Assembly: GCF_009914755.1 (NCBI RefSeq)
Contig: NC_060928.1
Origin: the human T2T-CHM13v2.0 reference genome, Homo sapiens
DNA length: 64,000 bases
Strand: one strand, 5' to 3'
Shown here: piece by piece, positions 61,200 through 64,000 of the stretch
How positions within the stretch are numbered: position 1 is the stretch's first letter
Layout: the number at the start of each line of letters is the position of its first letter
The notes under the pieces: generated by a model
What the model was told of the DNA's origin: nothing
The model's input: only the letters and a program-made list of their open reading frames with translations
Databases searched by the model: none
Program-made: the position numbers and the translations under genes

Positions 61200-62755
61200 T
61201 AAATTTCTGATCGTCATCCCTATACCTGCCTCTCCCTCAGATTCTCCCATCTCACTTTTTCTTTTACTGCACAAAGGAGTTCTTTCTTCAAATCTATCCC
61301 ACCTCTGACCTCTTCTCTTCATGTGCACTGCTAATATTCTGGAGCAAAACGCTGTTGTGTCTACTCAGATTCTTGCAATAACCCCATAACACATCCCTCT
61401 TCTTCTGCTTTGGCCACCAATCCATCTATTCTCAATTTGGTAAGCACAGTGACCACATGGAAAACCAAATCCTTCTGTCTGAAAACCCTCCAAAGGTTTT
61501 CTAGTTCTAGAATTTATCTAAAGTCAGCCTAAAAGTTCACCAGGCCTTACAGGACCTGGTGCCTGCCCTCCAAAACCTCTCTGGACCCATTTCCTACAAT
61601 TCACTCTTGTTTGCTCTGGCCCAGCTATATCAGCCCTCTTTCTGTCACTGAAAAAATGCACATGCTGATGAACAGAAGAGAACACTGTTTGTGGGAATGT
61701 AAATTAGTACAACCCCTATGGAAAATAGTATGGAAATTTCTCAAAGAACTAAAAATAGAACTACCATATGATCCAGCAATCCCACTACTGGGTATCTACC
61801 CAAAAGAAAATAAATCATTATAGCAAAAAGATACCTCCATTTGTATGTTTATTGCAGCACTATTCACAATAACAAATATTTGGAATCGACTTGTGTCCAC
61901 CAATGGAAGATTGCATAAAGAAAGTGTGATATACACACACACACAGACACACACACAAAAGAATAGTAATCACCATGAAGAAGAATGAAATCATGGCTTT
62001 TGCAACAACATGGGTAGAACTGGAGGTCATTGTCTTATGGGAAACAACTCAAACACAGAAAGACAACTACAGTGTATTCTCACTCATAAGTCTAATTAAA
62101 TAGTGTGTAAATATGGAAGCAGAGTATAGAATGTTGGACAATGGGGACTTGGAAGGGTGGGGAGGTGGGACAGGGTGGATGATAGGAGGTTGTTTGGTGG
62201 GTACAGTGTGCATTGTTCTAGTGATGGATGAACTGAAGGCCCTGACTTCACCATAATCCAATATAACAAATGCAATATAATCAATGTAGCAAAATTGCAC
62301 TTCTACCTCATGAATATAAACAAAAAATACTAATGCACTTGCTTTTACTTCACTGGGTATTCCTCTTCCTTCAAGATACCAACATGGGTTTCTATCGTCC
62401 TTTACTTCCTTACACGTATTATTCCTTCCTTTGAAGTCTTCTTCACTGCACTCTTACAGATTTCTTAAAAAACAACACACACACACTCCTCACATTCTCT
62501 CTTTCCCTCTCTCTAGCCCCTTCATGCTTGATTTTTCTCATTGTGGTTATCATCATTGAACTTACTGTAATTGTACTTACTGATTTTTCATTAAAGTCTG
62601 TTCTCCCTATTTTCACAACTAAAGGTAAGCCACATAATATCAGGGATTCTTGCCTGTTTTATTCACTGGTGGACTTCCAGTACCTGGAATATTGCCAAAC
62701 ACATGTTAACCACTCATTATATGTTGAATGAATGCATGAATGTGAATGCGTGACT
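61200..62755 (+). mobile_element. L2 3' region interrupted by an L1
   Basis: C/T-rich L2 body and a 3' end cagggattcttgcctgttttattcactg...ttgaatgaatgcatgaatg with the (GAAT)n-like L2 tail. Confidence 0.75.
61667..62330 (+). mobile_element. L1PB-like 3' end fragment
   Basis: Peptide [39 protein letters not shown] and 3'UTR tgaaggccctgacttcacca. Probable TSD aatgcacatgct / aatgcacttgct. Confidence 0.92.
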
Positions 62756-64000
62756 GAAAAATTGAGAACCTTCCCCAGCAACACTCAAATCAGTCATCTG
62801 TGTCACTTTCCTTTATGAAACATATAAACATATCTACGTCTGGACCCATCCTCTCCTCCTGTGCCTTGCTATAACTTTTCAGCCAATTCCTGTACACTTG
62901 CTATGCCCATAATGAGTATTTGCTTACCTAAAAAGGAACTTTAAGCTTTTAACTTCTGAACATTTTCTCATTTATTAAACTTCTTTTAGTTCTCTTCTCC
63001 CCCTTACCCAGCTGGGATTACATTACTCTATTTTACTAAACCTTCTTTCAGTAACCTAACCTCCCTGCCTCTCACTCTTTTTATTGTATCCATCTAGCAA
63101 AACAGAAACCTAGATGAACTAATTCTACCAGAGACTTCCTCCATGCTTAATCTGGGCTGCATTGGATAATTCAAGTGCTCAATCTTATTGGCAGTCCTAT
63201 TACATGAGTCAGGTCAATTCTGATCAGCTCTGCACTAGACATTTCTGTTTGCATGTCTTAAAACACAAACATGTAAATGATAGCACAGCAAACATTCAGG
63301 GAAGACAAGATATTTCTAATGAAGGCCAGTAATGGATTCAAAATGAATTAAAAACAACAATTGAGCAGAGTCCAAATCTACCTTAGAGACATCTAGGATA
63401 ATAAAATTTTTAGGTGTCCCCTGTATGGTTTCTTTCATACTTCTGTGACACCTTAATTAGCCATGGAACTAAAATTTCACGACTAACGTTCTTTAACTAT
63501 TAAAACAAAGAAAGAGAAACTGATTAAAATGAAAATCAAACAAATACACTTGTGACATAGCCTATACTGCAATATTGATTAATATAAAACTAGTTTATTA
63601 TCATTAAATCAAAAAATTTGAAGAATGCATGTTCATTCAGTTCCTAGGAAATAACATATTTTAAATATTTCTCCAGCTGAAGCTGATTTTTTCTTCCCCT
63701 GTAGATCTTTTCTGTTTAATAACTCACCAATCTTCCTCAGTGCCAGATCTTAGAGACTTAACCCTCAAACAGAGGCAATCTCATATAAATTAAAGGCCAA
63801 GCACACACTGCACTCCAATTGTGTGTTACATCCCTCAGGCACCTATGGGTTTATTTCTCAAATCCACTGCCCATTTTGTTTTTATTGTCACATCCCATAA
63901 CATAAAACATATCTAATCAATAAAATCAGAAAAATATAATACATAAAATGTTTCATTACTATTTGGCAAATGGAAATTTAAAAATGAAATATATAAAAAA

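Overview
AT-rich primate (probably human or ape) intronic or intergenic DNA, more than half of it interspersed repeats. No intact cellular protein-coding gene, RNA gene or CRISPR array is supportable. Nearly all ORF-track entries are chance ORFs in Alu, L1, LTR or microsatellite sequence. The only recognisable protein-like ORFs are decayed LINE-1 ORF2 pieces. The window holds about 14 Alus, several L1s (a near-full-length L1MA10/MB1-like copy, an antisense L1PB/MA-like copy, an L1PA7-like 3' half and an L1PA3-like 3' end), MaLR and ERV1 solo LTRs, and Tigger2, MER6, Charlie1 and MER58 DNA-transposon fossils, often nested with readable target-site duplications (TSDs). Subfamily names come from remembered consensus sequences, not a database search, and the boundaries of old elements are approximate. 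I see no evidence of a new biological system. The best observations are two retrotransposition anomalies. (1) An L1PA3-like insertion carries a ~148-bp 3' transduction inside a 16-bp TSD. (2) An L1PA7-like insertion without a TSD has a 128-bp copy of nearby downstream DNA fused to its 5' end. Weaker leads are a hairpin plus motif cluster near 2.0 kb and several candidate non-coding exons.
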